A stretch of 32,000 nucleotides of DNA from Candidatus Saccharimonadota bacterium (GTDB lineage: Bacteria; Patescibacteriota; Gracilibacteria; BD1-5; UBA6164). The stretch lies in the NCBI GenBank assembly GCA_965229705.1, contig OZ245922.1, positions 90,001 through 122,000 of the forward strand, read 5' to 3'. Shown here in pieces: positions 30,860 to 32,000 of this stretch. The translations under genes and the position numbers were made by a program. A model generated the notes under the pieces. That model was not told where the DNA came from. It made no database searches and was given only the letters and a program-made list of their open reading frames with translations. Position 1 is the first letter of the stretch. The number at the start of each line of letters is the position of its first letter.

Positions 30860-30896
30860 AGTATTTTTGTGAATCCCTTCGGGGAACAGAAGTACT
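30860..30896 (+). other. extended hairpin with UUCG tetraloop between rpsA and rpsB
   Basis: AGTATTTTTG (30860-69) pairs with CAGAAGTACT (30887-96), including two G-U pairs possible only on plus-strand RNA. The inner stem is TCCC-TTCG-GGGA (30874-85). There is no clear T-run, so its role (terminator, stabiliser or rpsB leader) is open. Confidence 0.45.
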
Positions 30897-30944
30897 TCGT
30901 TATAAAGTATATCATGCTTGTATATGACATTTTAAAAATATATT

Positions 30945-31724
30945 ATGGATAAAAAACTATTAACGGAGATGTTTGATAACCTTCTCCATATTGGAAACAA
31001 AACAAATTACTGGAACCCTCATATGAATGAGTTTATTTATAGTTCGAGTAATGGTGTTCATATCATAGATCTGACAAAAACAGTAACGCAGATAGAGGCA
31101 GTGAAATCTGCTCTTGAGGGGTTTCATCAAGAAGGGAAAAAGATTCTCTTTGTTGCAACAAAACTTCAAGCGCGAGACGCTTTTTCTAAACTCGCTATAG
31201 AGACAGGAAACTTTTATGTTACAGAAAAATGGGTTCCTGGTTTGCTGACAAACTTTAAAACGATTAAGAGAAGAATATCTACCTATCTCAAACTTCTTCG
31301 CGATAGTGAGGGATCAGGATTTGATATGCTAACAAAAAAAGAAAAGGCCGCAAAAATGCTCGAACTGGAAAAGCTCGATAAGGCATTTGCAGGTCTCAAA
31401 CTTATGAAGAAAACACCTGATGTTTTATTTGTTGTTGATGGAGTATTTGAGTCTCAAGCAGTAAAAGAAGCTCAAAGTTTAGGTATTCCTTGTTTTGCTA
31501 TATCAAATACTAACGGGAGTCCATTTACGGTTGCAGAACTCATACCTGCAAATACCAATTCTGTGAAATCTCTTGATTATCTTGCAGGGGCTCTCAAATC
31601 AGCATTCTCAGCTCCAGTAAAGAAATCGTCTTCTGTAAAAGCAACGGAGAGTAAAAAACCTGCCGTAAAAAAAGCAGCGGAAAATACAGAAAAAGTAGTA
31701 GAAGAGAAAAAAGAAGAAAAATAA
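30945..31724 (+). CDS. rpsB: 30S ribosomal protein S2
   Basis: Intact 259-aa ORF with no TGA. LLHIGNKTNYWNPHMNEFIY, KILFVATK, VTEKWVPGLLTN and PDVLFVVD are the canonical S2 blocks. Lys-rich C-terminal tail. Confidence 0.95.
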   Translation: MDKKLLTEMFDNLLHIGNKTNYWNPHMNEFIYSSSNGVHIIDLTKTVTQIEAVKSALEGFHQEGKKILFVATKLQARDAFSKLAIETGNFYVTEKWVPGLLTNFKTIKRRISTYLKLLRDSEGSGFDMLTKKEKAAKMLELEKLDKAFAGLKLMKKTPDVLFVVDGVFESQAVKEAQSLGIPCFAISNTNGSPFTVAELIPANTNSVKSLDYLAGALKSAFSAPVKKSSSVKATESKKPAVKKAAENTEKVVEEKKEEK

Positions 31725-31784
31725 TTCTTTTTTCTCCTCATTTTTGTATAATTTCAAGGTATTTTATTTTTTACCATTATTTTT

Positions 31785-32000
31785 ATGCCAGCAAAAAAAT
31801 CAGCAGAAGCAGGAAATAATCCTGTAGATCAGTTTCTTGATAATCCAAGTATTGTTCATGCACTTGCCTATATTCCGTATTTTGTATGAGCGGCACTCAT
31901 GTTCTTTTTCTGAAAAACAGAAAAGAAAGAAGTAATGCATCATATCAAATATTCATTGTTTCTTGCCGTTGCAACGATAGTTCTCACGATACTATTAGAT
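31785..32000 (+). CDS. membrane protein, DUF4870/Tic20-like (3' end outside window)
   Basis: MPAKKSAEAGNNPVDQFLDNPSIVHALAYIPYFVGAALMFFFGKTEKKEVMHHIKYSLFLAVA... Two TGA are read as Gly. The pattern of a hydrophobic hairpin plus H-H-x-K-x-S-L is typical of that family. Runs off the window. Confidence 0.5.

Noticed and set aside
1-32000. Alternative recoding: UGA = Trp (table 4, Mollicutes-like)
   Set aside because: TGA falls at positions that are invariant Gly in well-known motifs (Walker A GKT, HslV GSGG, terS GGRP, S1 domain, WG repeats), and genuine Trp positions use TGG (for example GKWGY, EWT, WIK).
1-32000. Search for integrase, excisionase, att direct repeats, IS elements, rRNA and CRISPR arrays
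   Set aside because: None could be supported. No tyrosine or serine recombinase motifs were seen in any frame, and the tRNA(-like) genes have no duplicated 3' segment near 28.2-29.5 kb. The left prophage end presumably lies outside the window.

Overview
AT-rich window whose standard-code ORF track is shattered by in-frame TGA. Reading TGA as glycine (translation table 25, Gracilibacteria/Absconditabacteria-type CPR bacteria) restores about 50 contiguous, tightly packed, almost all plus-strand genes, and every one ends in TAA or TAG. Positions 1 to ~28.15 kb are the larger part of a siphovirus-like (pro)phage. In order it carries accessory/early genes (VRR-NUC-like nuclease, HAD-like phosphatase, GH73-like domain, three WG-repeat paralogues), a canonical tRNA-Asn(GUU) plus an irregular tRNA-like gene, and an HslV-like Ntn peptidase. 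Then come TerS/TerL, portal, scaffold, major capsid, connector proteins, tail tube and chaperone. A 2.2-kb accessory island sits between chaperone and tape measure: a minus-strand AntA-type antirepressor, a small hydrophobic peptide, and a secreted protein broken by a 43-bp tandem duplication. The tape measure gene (frameshifted near its 3' end), Dit/hub-like proteins, fibre proteins, a holin-like protein and two peptidase-type lysins follow. A GC-rich 11-mer (TGTCCCCGTAA) recurs in five late intergenic gaps. From 28.16 to 29.46 kb there is 1.3 kb with no credible coding potential; it contains a perfect 171-bp x2 tandem repeat that folds into a four-way-junction RNA-like structure. After that come rpsA, rpsB and the start of a membrane protein (presumed host flank). 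No integrase, att site, CRISPR array, IS element or rRNA is visible. All coordinates come from hand translation; functional calls rest on motif recognition and gene order, not on database searches.
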